NCBI GenBank assembly: GCA_965113315.1
Contig: OZ220366.1
DNA from: Podarcis vaucheri
Taxonomy: Eukaryota
Length of the DNA stretch: 64,000 nucleotides
Reading direction: 5' to 3' (one strand)
In this document: in pieces, positions 28,248-40,700 of the stretch
Layout: every line of letters begins with the position of its first letter
How positions within the stretch are numbered: position 1 is the stretch's first letter
Position numbers and translations under genes: made by a program
Notes under the pieces: generated by a model
What the model was told of the DNA's origin: nothing
The model's input: only the letters and a program-made list of their open reading frames with translations
Database searches by the model: none

Positions 28248-29795
28248 CATAGTTGAAGACTATTGATCTAGACTATCCCAAAGCAGGAACTGTGGAGCAC
28301 AATATAATTTTGCAGAAAAATGTTTTACTTTGTGGGTTGAAGTTTACCATTTTCTTCTCAGTACAAAGGTTATTTTTTGGGTGAACGTAGAAATGAGGAA
28401 AAGACAGGATGGCACGAAGTTTTTTTAAAAAAAAAACCAACAAAAAATCCTGTAAGATGCTTACCACTACCACCCCACTGATGCCATTGTACATCTCCTC
28501 ATTTCTTCCCAAAACCATTTTGGAGTTTTAAAGACAATCCCCAAAATGGCACCAAAACCATTGCCTTCAATATGCCACATGCGAATGAGCTGATGACTGG
28601 AGGGTGGGAGCAGTTGTTTTTGTATACCTCTTAAACTTTCATTTGGTATGAGTGGAGGAATAATTGGAATGTGGTTGTAGAGTGTTGCTGTTTGTACTGC
28701 AGTGCTACTGTGTTTAGGGTACTCTGCTGGGACGTGGACATAAGTAGTGAGCCTGGTCACACCCATCTCAAGCCTAAAGCTGCATTATCTTGAGTGCAGT
28801 TAGATAAGAAAGCACTTGTGCCATTTAACAATCCGAATGAAGGCGGTTTGAAATTATGTTGAGCCACTAATGAAGTCAATGTCGAACTTTCCAGATACCC
28901 ACATTTTTCAAGGAGTAGGAGTGCCTAATCACAAGTAAATTTACTAGCAAATATATAGCAGGGCTGTCTTCAGCAGTTGTAGACAACATGATGGGGCTGC
29001 AATGCTCACCTGACCTCTGGCTGAGTTCCAGGAGGTGTGGAGGAGGCGTGGCACCAGCAGAGCCAATCTGGTACTCCTGCTGGTGCCTTAGCACCTTACC
29101 AACCTCATACCACCTCACCCCTTCCCTCTCTCTCCCAATATGCAGCAACAATTCAGCTGGAGGGGAATCTGGTAAGCAGCACAGCCCCATCACACCATGT
29201 GCTACTGCTGTTTGGCTAATTCCTCATAGCCTCTTACCATTCTTGTGCATACACACAAAGGGTAGCACAAGCACAATGAATGATGGTGGGGCAGAAAACA
29301 CAAACCATGTAAAAGCAAGCATATATTTAGAAAGGCTTTTAAAAATACTCCATCACCAAGAATCAAGTGGGGGGAAAAACCCTAATTAAAGCAGCTATTA
29401 TTGCTACTAAACAATTTCTTGGTTCAAATTGAGTGTTAGCTTCTGTACACAAGTGACATACCTACTGCCATGGTGTCAAAAGTAAAGGGCAGCATCTCCC
29501 TATCTGATTCAGCCAGAGAAGGCTTGTTCTACAGACATGGATTCATGCTAAGCCTTTCCAGGGGTTATCTTTCATATTGTCAATTTGTTCACCAGTATTT
29601 TCTGAACATATGTTATAGAGTAAAGCAATTGTTCTTTCAAAATGCAAAGATCAATGCTTAAAGTTGGGAGCACATTGATCTTGTGATGAAAAAATGATCA
29701 ATACTTTAATAAGAAAATCTGCTCTCCCAAACCTTATTTCCTTGTCTGCTAGGCATACAACCCCCACTGCTGAATATATATATATAATATATATA

Positions 29796-30404
29796 TTTGC
29801 TTTCGTAGATTTTCACGGGTACAGGAATGCAGGTTTTGGTGTCTTCGGGTGTCTTCCCGTGTAAGAGTCGGGGTGTCTGTGCGACGTTTCGACGAGGTCT
29901 CACTCGTCATCTTCAGGCTGGTGCTTTCGGCTTCTTGTTACTGGAACAGAGCAGAGTCTGGTGTTTGAGTTCCTATAAATACTGTTGAGGGGTGTGGTGT
30001 ATAGCCTCCAACGTTCTGGGCAAAGAGGAAGTTCCTAGATTAGTGTGCCTTTTCTTCTTTTGTTCCTTAATTACTTGAGGGATATCTTGGGTGATTTCAT
30101 GAGTGATATTCTGAATATTCAGAATATCACTCATGAAATCACCCAAGATATCCCTCAAGTAATTAAGGAACAAAAGAAGAAAAGGCACACTAATCTAGGA
30201 ACTTCCTCTTTGCCCAGAACGTTGGAGGCTATACACCACACCCCTCAACAGTATTTATAGGAACTCAAACACCAGACTCTGCTCTGTTCCAGTAACAAGA
30301 AGCCGAAAGCACCAGCCTGAAGATGACGAGTGAGACCTCGTCGAAACGTCGCACAGACACCCCGACTCTTACACGGGAAGACACCCGAAGACACCAAAAC
30401 CTGC

Positions 30405-30406
<2 letters not shown>
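29796..30406. mobile_element. Penelope-like element remnant: two inverted pseudo-LTR copies forming a palindrome
   Basis: Perfect inverted repeat 29827-30406 by eye, CTGAAGATG...CGAAACGTC motif typical of PLE pseudo-LTRs, a ~30-nt 3' extension on one copy only (29796-29826), and (TA)n flanks. Confidence 0.75.
30311..30356 (+). ncRNA. Minimal hammerhead-ribozyme-like motif (mirror copy at 29877-29922, minus strand)
   Basis: CUGAAGA (30317-30323), extra U, stem II GACGAG/CUCGUC with a 6-nt loop, GAAA, palindromic ACGU, UC cleavage site at 30349-30350; stem I has only 2 clear base pairs. Confidence 0.5.

Positions 30407-30414
<8 letters not shown>

Positions 30415-30452
<38 letters not shown>
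30415..30452. repeat. (AC)n microsatellite abutting the palindrome
   Basis: Seen directly. Confidence 0.95.
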
Positions 30453-30456
<4 letters not shown>

Positions 30457-31633
30457 TTACAGAGGAACTTTGTAAATGCTTTTTACTTTTCAAAATCATT
30501 CTTCTTAGACATTTCAGTAACAGTAACAACAAAAATCTTTTTGGAACTTAACATGAAATCTATGTTTTGAGGCATGTTGGCCATGTAAATTGTCTGAAAG
30601 TTTCATTTCTAGAATTCACTATTCTGATTGTGCTTGTTTTTGTTATTTTTTATTAGAATCTACTTTAGTCATACCAGAATCACAGGTAAACCTCTTTTTT
30701 AAAAAAATTAGATAGATACTCAGAACAGAAACACAGGCATCCAGCATAACCACTTTAAGTCAATAGCACCGATACAGCCAATCCAGCTCTTCACATAGTT
30801 TCTGGCAAGATGTCCCACTCCTGTCTAATAAAACAATAAAGCTGGTCAGGAGAGAGGGAACAGCAGACACAAATGCTTGTTTTAATGTATGATTTATGAC
30901 ACAATAGATGGAAGTAGTTACTCTGAAACACAGAAAGCTCATGCACGCATTCTGCAGCTATACTAATAGCATAATTCCATATGGCGTTTACTCAGAAATA
31001 AGTCCCACTCTGTTCAAGGAGATTGTATTTAGGACTGTAGCCTAAGAAGATGTCTGATAATAAACACCATATTAATGATCTTCAGGGGTTAAAGCATTGG
31101 GATTTGGAGTGGAGAGGGAACTGCTCTCAGAGCCAGCTCTACATGTGCATAATCAACCAAAAGCACTTGTACAAAAGGAGACCATTGAGCTATTACCTCT
31201 TTGACCCAAGAATGTCATGTTGCTCCCATCGGACTCGGAGAACACCAGCTCAGAAGTCCTGGTGGAATCACCAGCTCCCTGTTACAGATAAAGCTGCAGC
31301 TCTTATTTGAGGCCAATTCTCAAGCTGATTGCTGCAGAAGCAACATCTGGACTCTTACAAAGTCTCCAGCCTGGGCCATGCATGGAACTGTCCAGAGTAC
31401 CACAGAAGCCTGGCCTTTGCACATATTGCTAAGGCCATTGCTCAAAAGAAAACAGCTAATTCTGCTAGTGCAGTAAATGAAGGTGTGATTTGTACAAACA
31501 CTGGTTAAAAAGTATGGTATGAGGGGCATTGAGAAGCAGATTACTGCCTATATAATGTAGACTACTGCAGTTGTTGCACCTTTCTTTTTACTGTTTACTC
31601 GTGTTTTTCAAGACTTTCGAACACCAGAATCTT

Positions 31634-31636
<3 letters not shown>

Positions 31637-31676
<40 letters not shown>
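31637..31676. repeat. (AC)n microsatellite
   Basis: Seen directly. Confidence 0.95.
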
Positions 31677-31680
<4 letters not shown>

Positions 31681-34600
31681 TGTTCAGTAGTCAGTATTTT
31701 AAAGTAGTTAAGATTGTATTTTAACATTGTGATTTAAACATTCACAATGCACTTCCATACTTTTTCTTTCTTAGTGTAGGAAATAACCAGCTCATGTCCT
31801 TAAAATAGATAAAGGTTTTAAAACGCTAGTCTACTGATTTCAATTTAACAGTGATTTGTGCAGGACCCAGAAAACCAACTCGTTACTTTCTTTCATCGTG
31901 ACTACTCTTGGAAATGGCAGAAACTGTTCAACTCACTTTACACTGTTAGAAGGCCCAAAAAGAACCTACCAGTACATTAAGAAGGGATGGGAAGCAGCCC
32001 TCTTAGCCGATCTTCTCAAAGCAATTTGCTGAGATGTATAAATGCAAAGTTGAATCAGTGAGCAATAAAACAGAAGCAGTCCAAGGAAAATATGGGGTAG
32101 GGGGAGTGTTGATTCCACTAACCCAATTAGACATTCATTGCAGGAATGATTAATGCTACCAATAATTCAAAGGCACACACTATTATAAGAACAGAGTAAA
32201 TTTGGCATTCTAATATACAGTTTGTGCTTCTGTGAATGAGGCTGGATCAGCAATTCCATTACAAGTGCCTTCTAGGGGAATAAAATTATCATCTTTATCT
32301 TTTTTCTATGCATTGTTTTGCAAGACTTTTATATTTAAGTCCTACAGAAAGGTATTTGCCAGTGTTCCTCTGAGATTCATAATAGTATGGCACCATGTTT
32401 GTAAATAAGAGCAATTTGCAACTACAAAATGGGCACATGACTTACGGTAAATTGCAATAGCAAAACACAAGTATAATGAAAGAAGCAAAGAGTCCATATA
32501 CTCCATCCCCTACCAAAATCAGAATGGAGAGAATTTAACCCACCCAAATATGCTGCCTACATTTCCTCCCACCTCATTCTCTTTATTCACATTCCCATCC
32601 ATAGAAAAGGTATATTAAAAGCTCACGCTTTAGACTGAAAAGAATATGGCATTTCCACATAGCCCTGAGGGATAGGCACTAATAAATCTGGAGTAACCAC
32701 CATATTGTGAATGAGCTGAATTCTAGTAAACAACAATGGCACTTAAGCAGTCAAAGGGTGATTTCTGTGTAAATGCAACACATTAGACCAGGAGATCTGT
32801 GAGTGATCTTCCAATTTTCCCCCAAATGAAAGCACCCAAATTTCTTGGGGGCAGTGAAGTGGCAAACAACTTTCTCCCCACACCATCCCCCTGCTCCTTA
32901 AGTTACTATTTCCTTTGTAGAGGGATGATCCAAGCAAGAAAAAGCTACAGTATTTGTATTTTTCATGCACAGGGCAAATAGAAGTTGCAGGAGGGTAATT
33001 TAGATTGGGAAAATTGCATTGGTGGGGGAACGTTAAATAACCCTGCAGCCAGCAGCTACCCCAGTCAAAGTCCCCGCAGACACATGCCTTCATTTAGTTC
33101 TATCAAAAAAGCAGATCAGTTAATCATGGATCTCCTGCAGTAGCATGCAGTTTGGCCCTGACTCATCACTGATTGGAACTAAGGCCCTGTTCCCACACAC
33201 CATTAGTGAGTGCAAGCCACTTCCCTATGGCTAAATCTCACAGCAGTGCAGTAAGTGCAAGAATGCCAGAGTCCTACAGACACATGCATGGCTTCTCAAC
33301 TGGGCATCAGTTGACTGGGCAAACCCAAGTGATTTGCCACAAGGTTCTAGTATTCATGCATATGCCAAGGTCACGTGGGAATCCCATTGCAGGAAACCTC
33401 CCACACCAGTGACAGCATCAGAGTTATGTGTCAACAAGAGCCTAACTAAAGCAGAAAAAAGTTAGACGAATGCTGTTGTTCATGGTGTGCAACAAATGCA
33501 CATTCATTGTGCAAGGAACTGTGCAAATGCGCAAGGGATTCATCATACTCTCACAAAATTAGAATTCTAAAGGTTCTCTAAGAATCCCATTCTTACTGCT
33601 TCACACAGGTTTGAAACCTATTTGGGGCTGCAATGAAGATGTAACCTTCATGTCTAATTCATAATTATAGGAAAGAACGAATGTTTGTTTTTTTCTTTTA
33701 AAGCCTTTTCATTCCTTAGTTCACCATGACAGGCCCAGAAAGCACCACTACTAATGCCTCCTTACCAGCCTTTTAAAAATGCCTGTTTGTTTTGGTCCTA
33801 TAGTGTGTCCTATAGTGTCCCACAGTGTGTAAACATTTTTTATTATCCTGGGATTATTGCTCATGAAAAGAACTAGTTAGACAGACTTCAAGGCACAAAT
33901 CCTCTCTTTAGCCAGAGAACAAGATTCTCTAATCATCTGCAGGAAGGCAACATTTGCACAGATAACACCAAGTGATTTCCTAACAATATTGAAGGAATAA
34001 CAGTGAGCATTTAAAAAAAATAATAATCCGTGTTTCCAAATGCAACACTGCAAAGTCTCTGGATTCTTATACCTCAGCCTTGCACAAGAGGAATCACTTG
34101 TAGGCATAAGGGGATAACAGTGTTTTCCTTCCTCTTAAAGCTGTATTGTTTTTCTTTGGGGAGACAGCACAAACCTTGCTTGAACAGTACCAGCAATGAA
34201 GGGGTAAGGAGAGAGCTGTGAAAAGAGCTGGATGTGTGCATTCACTGTGCATTCACTGGAGAAGGACCTGCCGCCCAATCCTATGCATCTTTACTCAGAC
34301 TTACTCCAAGTAAGTCTACATAAGAAAGCAGCCCTACAAAATAAAGTGCTTTAAAAACGAAACAAACAGATGTATGTTATAAAAGCACTGTGTTCACTGG
34401 GAGCTGTCCTCCAGGTTAAATGATAATGCTGGTACTGGAAAAATGATTTGCTTAACAGAGCTTAGGCGGAAGGATGTTTTACATCTCATCACTGCATTCC
34501 ACGTGACAGAGCTATTAAAATGATAATGCGCAATCAGCTTTCCTCAGTATGAAGTGACTAGCTTGTTTTAATATATTGCATGGTAGACATGCAGATTAAG

Positions 34601-36409
34601 GCCAGCGGGCCATTATATTGTATTGTCACTATATACCACTGAAGAGTTTTTAATCAGCAAATCATTGTCACAACATGATATGCTGTTTATGTCTGTCATC
34701 TTCTGAACAACATACCAGGTTACTAAGAAAATGTCATTCCCCAGACGCTGTTTGAAAATTCAGGGCTTGTGTTACCCAATGACTCTTTATTGTATCTGGG
34801 TCACAGATCATACTGATCATACTAATAAAGTAGTAATATTATTACACTAGCAATGAGCAGTGGAAGATATTCTCTCCCCCACCCCACCCCCGCACTCCCT
34901 CAAAGCTGTTGCAAGCAATGCCTGACGTCAGCTTGAAGGGAAAAATTCACCAGCCCTCAAAATAGTAAAATATACATCATACACTGTTTATCTATTTATT
35001 TAAAGTATTTCCAGACTGCACTTCATTCAAAACAATCCCATAATGAGGTACAAAGTATAAAAGCAAATCACAATAAAATTAAACAAATACATAAAAACCT
35101 TATATAACATTAAGTCCATAATCAAGTACCGGTATAATAAATGAACAAGTCTGACGAGGATAGGCTATTCCACTCCACAACCAGTTTAACCGAAGTGAAC
35201 AAACATGTTTTTAACTGGTAGCTAAAACCTTTCAGAATCAGCACCAGTTGAATTTTTTGAGGGAGGGCACTCCACAATTGGAATGTTACTGTAGAGGACA
35301 CCTCCCATACAAAACTATGCCCAGCTAACACAGTATATGGTATGGATAATCAGTAGGAAAGTCTCTTGAAACCAATAGTGGATAACACCTAATAGCTGTA
35401 CAACCTTATACTCCCATCAGCAAAACCGAAGCAAGCCTTACATGTTACATTCTTCTAGCCCCTTGATTCCAAACACATTTACATGCAAGTAATCCCCACA
35501 GACTTCAGTGGAGTTTGCTTCCACATGTGTGCTGACAAGCACAGCTGACTACATCTTTAAGCTTCCTTTGTCGAGCATGTGCTAGCATTTCAGTACTGTG
35601 AACCACAACATCTATTTTTATTACTGTGATTTAAGAACAATAAAATGTGTATTTCAATGCTTTATTACTGTGGGTAGCTGTGTTGTTCCAGTGGAAGGAG
35701 ACGAAAGGACAAATCACACTTTCAAGCAAAATGTTCTAGCATGCAAAACTCACTTTCTAAAACATATGATGCTGATTCTCTATTTGCATATGCTGTATGT
35801 GCCAACAGCTACATTGACAACCACTACTGTGAACGAGGAGCACAGCAATAAAAGTTGATCTCACTAAATGCAGGTGGCATTTATCCAAATATAATATGGG
35901 AGTGGGCAGTGCTGAATAGTTAGGAGAGCTGCCTGCAGTATATGCAAAGGCAAAGCCATGGAGACAACAACCTTTTTTCTTTTTTTTCTTTTTTTTGAAA
36001 GGCTGCAATTTATTTTAATGCAGGATATATAGATAGATATATGTTGCTTTTTACTGTTACAATAGCTTCATCAGTGAGCTGTCAATCATACTTCCCACAC
36101 ATACTGGCTGGTAGAGAATTCATATATAATATAATCTATAACAGGGTTGTGTTTTAAGCTACTGACTTCTCTGTGTGTTCATGCATGATGCACCAATTGT
36201 CCATTCATAAACACCACAGTTCTCTTTATTCTTACTACCAGATTCATCCATCTAGGAGGCAGGTTGCAATTTAAAAGTCATTTTGAGTGGTCCAGACGCC
36301 CTAAAATGTATCTAGCTTCCTGCAATAAATGCCCTTCTGTCCTGCGCATATGCATGCGCATATAGATATATATATATGAGAGAATGAGAGAAATATCACT
36401 GTGAGGTGG

Positions 36410-37760
36410 TTAAGACGCAAAAACGCTCCCAAAAAATCCAGGCAGAGGTACATTCATATAACGATTCTCTACTGCAACGACATGACCGTGTCGGCCAGCC
36501 CTCTGTCAGGACAGCAGATTGATTACGAATGGCTTTATTACAACCTTTCAAGGCGGAGGTGCTATTGCGAGACCATCGGGAAAAAGCGGGGGGTATATCG
36601 TATCAGAGAAAGAGAAATAAAATGCAATGCGTGAAGCTCGCCGAGGCCGGCAACTTTCTTCCTGAGGCTGCTTCCGAAGGAGCTCTTTTCTGTTTGAAAG
36701 AGGTGCTGGTGGTGCAAATCAGGCACAATCCTCAAATCCCTTCCTCCATTAGAAAGCCAGTCAATGATAAACCAGGAGCCGAGCACGGAGGGCAGCGCGA
36801 CTCGCGCTGCAAAATCTCCCCAGGCAAGGCGCCGTTTGCGCAGCAACATGAGCCGCTGCAGCTCCCCTTGCAACGCACCGTTATTTTCCCCCGTTTACCA
36901 AAGAGGACACACACACACCCTCCCGGGGCGCAAGGCGAGGGGATTAATTGCCGCCCCCGGCGCCCCCCAACCCCTCGCCCAGCCTCCCGGGGCTGCTTCC
37001 AGTGCGGGGCTTTGTTTCCATGGCGGGGGACACTCACCCAGAAAACGAAGGAGTAGATGATGAGGAGGGTTTTCAGACACGTTATGACGGGTTTGGTCTC
37101 CATTCTCCTCGATGCCATAATACTGAGATCCCGGCTGCTGGCTCTGGGCAGGGGAGGGAGGAGGAGGAGGAGCCGCGGCGGCGGCGGAGGGAGGAGGGGC
37201 TCCGGGCTGGCTTCGCGCCTCCACCGAGCGGCGCTGCTTCCCGCCGCCTGCCTCTGCTCTGCTCCTGATACGGCTTGCTGCGACGAGGGCTGACAGGCCG
37301 AGCTGCTCGCGCGCGCTTCTGGACCGCTGCCGCCCTGCGCCCCGCCGCTTCCCGCAGCCGCCCCGAAACGCCACAGCTTGGCATTGTGCGGTCACAGCGG
37401 CGGAGAAGGCGGCGGGGGAGGTTCGCACGAGGCGCCTCGCCACCTGCCGCGCCGAGGAACGCAGCGGGCGGAGCGCGGAGAAGGCCCGCGTGTTCCCCTT
37501 CACCCCCCCACCCACCCGCAGCCACCCTTTTCTTTGATCGACGTGTTGGGATTCGGGAAGGAAGGGTGCCGAGGGCCAAGAGCAAGGGGGACCCCGGGGT
37601 GGCGGTGGCGCTGGAGTCGTGCCTGTTTCCATGCAAAAGATACGCAAGCCGTGGCGCAGAAAGAAGAAATGCGTCTCTTACTGAGGGGAGATGAGAATGA
37701 AGGGGAGGGAGGCGAATGTAGGACGCGCCTGCGAAGGAGAAGGGGAATGTGCCGGTGACA
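36410..37760. promoter_or_regulatory. CpG island: TSPAN7 promoter, 5'UTR and exon 1
   Basis: Abrupt GC- and CpG-rich block in an otherwise CpG-depleted window. Contains a GGGCGG GC box at 37466-37471 and short (CCG)n/(CCT)n runs in the 5'UTR; a CCAAT lies just outside at 37986-37990. The TSS cannot be placed from sequence alone. Confidence 0.9.
37038..37118 (-). CDS. TSPAN7: Tetraspanin-7, coding exon 1 (MASRRMETKPVITCLKTLLIIYSFVFW)
   Basis: The 81-nt, 27-codon peptide matches the vertebrate TSPAN7 N-terminus. ATG at 37118-37116 has a strong Kozak context (attATGg) and is followed by the donor TGG|GTGAGT (37037-37032). It lies in a CpG island, downstream of OTC as in human Xp11.4. Confidence 0.97.
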
Positions 37761-40700
37761 ATATGGCACAGGAGGCTGGTCTTTTCCGTTTCATTAACTG
37801 AAAAAGAAGAAGAGAGAGATTTGTTCATTTGTATTTTAATCCACACACAAAGTGATCAATAATAGCAGGGACTTTGCTCCCAGGCTTACAAAACATGAGG
37901 TACAAAAGGGGGAGAGGGGGGCTGGGAAGGAGAAGGAGGAAATAAACTGAGGCACAAGCTGTAATTGTGGCACTTTAAAGGCCAACCAATGCGGTATGAG
38001 CCTTCGATGGATGATGCATGATGATTTGCAGGTACATAAATACTTGACGGGGAGGGGGTGGAGATTGTAGACAGGCAGAGACGAATTCCCATGATCTCTA
38101 GCCTTTTCCGTGCTGGTTGGAGCTGATGGGAGTTGTAATCCCTTTCTGATGATGACCACCTTTAGGATCCTCGGAAGCTGAAATGTCTTTTTCTGATGTC
38201 AGTTTTGTATCCATTCATACGTTTGCATAGATATTGGCCATAGATAGAACGACGTTGCTGGCAGATGCAGACATCTATCATTTTGGAAGATGAGCAAGTG
38301 AATAAGCTCCTGATGTTGTGGAAAGCATTTTAAGTCCTGTAGTAGGGCTTCCAGAGTAGATGTGGGGCACAGAGTTGGCATCTGAGTCCACAAAAGTTCT
38401 AGTAATTGCTCTTTCTGGCAAGGAGGGGGGAAATAAGAGCCCTGCCACAGGTTGGTCCCCTTTGCAATGATGCTTTTCCAGGGAGCCTCTCCCAGTGATT
38501 CTGGATCATAGCAGAGGCCAGTGTGTGCTGTCCTTCAGCTCTGCAGCCTTGGTTGGAGCCAAGTGTTTTTTTCTGGCAAGGAGTGGGGAAGGAAATTCCC
38601 TGCAGATGCTTCTTCTGTGGTCAGTGAATGAGGCCAGACTGGTTTCCCCCATACCATTATGTTTTTCCTGGGAAGGAAGGGAGGCAGTCTCCCAGAGGCC
38701 CCTGGTCCCCTGGTTGAGGACAGAGACCCTGCAGCTCTACAGTCCCAGCACAATAGGCAGTTGACCAGGCTGTCCCTTCTCACAGGGAGGGTGGAAGAAA
38801 ACTTCCTGCGGTGACTTCGGTCACACCCACACATTTAAAGCACATTTAGCACACAGCTAAAGCACATGGCTTCCCCCAAAGAATACTGTTAACTAATTTG
38901 TTAAGGATGCTGTAGCTCTCTCAGAAGTATGTAAGGTATGGATGTGACCTACTCTGGTCAGTGGATGAGGCCAGGTTGCTCTCCCTCTGTACAGAAAAGT
39001 TGGACATGCCACTTTCATCTACATCTGCCACACACAGGCTTCCACTTCAGCAAATGTCCCTGAGAACATTGGAACCCTACATGCACATATAGACAGCATG
39101 TCCAGTTGACTTCAGGCTGGGCACTTGGCACATCCTTTCCCCCAAATGCCATACCCTGAAGTGGCTGCATGAAAGGTCCCTTGCAAGGCAAGGTAAAACC
39201 ATATCTTCTAAACTGTGCCCCTCCCACCAAATGGAGAATGATGTGTTTATTTAGAGATGATGGTGAAATAGCATTCTTTATACAGAATAAAGTAATATTT
39301 GCCATTGGTAGTAAGAAACACTGGATTGTGTGACACAGGGAAAGGATGCATGTGATCTAGTGATCAGGGGGGAAATAAGTACTTGCTTTCACCAAATATC
39401 ATGTGCCACAGAAACTCATGTGTTTTAACTACGTAAACTAGCACAAGTCAAACAGTTGTAATGCACTGTTAACATATTACAACTTGCCACAATCCTGAAG
39501 CTACTTCATACAAGTTAAATTTACTTCAGTAGTAATACTTCAGAATAAGGAGACTGAGAATTACTACAAATTGTTCAGGGTCAGTTGAAACCAAGTTAAA
39601 ACCAACATTATTGAGCTGCAGTTAATGAACTAGTTGATCTCCACACAGATCAAGTAATTATTTCAGTCATTGCTGTCATTACGGTACAACACAAATGTCA
39701 ATCAAAACTAGAGCTGGAGTCCAAGTCATTTCACTTTAACTCATAGTAAATGAGAATCAGACATTATTCCAAGTAGAACTTCGAGTTGGCATTTATTATC
39801 AATGTGTTTGGTAACAGCCAACCCAATTCTTGGAGTGCTAGTTCTTATTTATTTATTAATTTATATAACACTTAATGTTAAGACTTTGAAGTGATTTACA
39901 AAATATAAAAAACTATTTTACAACACCATTAAAATACACAGTAATTGAACTGCACAATAATAACAACACACAACAAACAAACAGTCCCATTAACATATAA
40001 ACATTCATATTTAAAATGTATAATAAACTATGGTTAACACAACAGGAAATGGAAATACAACAGGAAATGGAATTTGATTATACTGATATGGATGTGAAGT
40101 AAAGGATATATAACAAGAAAATAATGATGGAATATAATTTCAATATGTGATCACAGTGGAGAGACTTTTAACATGGATATGGATGGATGAATTTACTATT
40201 ACTCAATATGAAGACATGTTTGTGGGAATTACTAGAGGCAAAGTTGATATAAAAGGAAAAAAAGGTTGACATTTACTACTAATAATAACTATTTGGGATC
40301 TCCTCTTGGAATTTTTGTGGGAAAAGGAAATGAATGATTTTGAGATACTTGGATATAAAAGAAATATTGTTTAATAGAAAGTAGAGAAGAATGTTATGGA
40401 GTGAATGTCTTAAATAATATTTTTAATTATGTAACTGGCAGATAGAAATTCAGAAGTCTTTTTTATTTTTTATTTTCTTTCTTTTCCTTTTCCTGTCTTC
40501 TTCTTGCTTCTTTCTTTTTCTCTCCCCACCCGCCACCCCATTTCTGTTTATTTTCTTTCTTCTTTTGTATTTCTGCTCCGGGCCTTTATTAGGGTCCAAG
40601 GATTGTGACTCCTGGGGGTAGTAGATGGTTGATAGAGGGACCTTGGGTGGGAGGCAGGGAAATGTTGGTCTCTGAAGATGAGAGGCTGGGAGGCGAAGGA

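Larger units (their letters stand above)
1..37037 (-). other. TSPAN7: TSPAN7 intron 1 (partial; runs off the left end of the window)
   Basis: Starts at the GTGAGT donor. No sequence resembling exon 2 (ITGVILLAVGVWGK...) was found by eye; TSPAN7 intron 1 is very long in other amniotes. Confidence 0.8.

Noticed and set aside
29973-30260. Twin identical 71-aa ORFs on opposite strands
   Set aside because: A geometric consequence of the palindrome; no evidence for a protein.
33183-33442. Possible PIF/Harbinger MITE with TAA flanks
   Set aside because: Terminal inverted repeats are too degenerate to support the call without a library search.
36732-37037. Continuation of the 128-aa ORF after ...SFVFW
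   Set aside because: Read-through into intron 1 past a canonical GTGAGT donor; no tetraspanin similarity.
37038-37118. TSPAN6 as an alternative identity
   Set aside because: The N-terminus MASRRMETKPVITCLKTLL and adjacency to OTC fit TSPAN7, not TSPAN6.
36529-37846. Several long overlapping ORFs (up to 254 aa) on both strands
   Set aside because: Low-complexity R/P/A/G-rich translations expected in a stop-poor CpG island; only the 27 codons of TSPAN7 exon 1 are recognisable.
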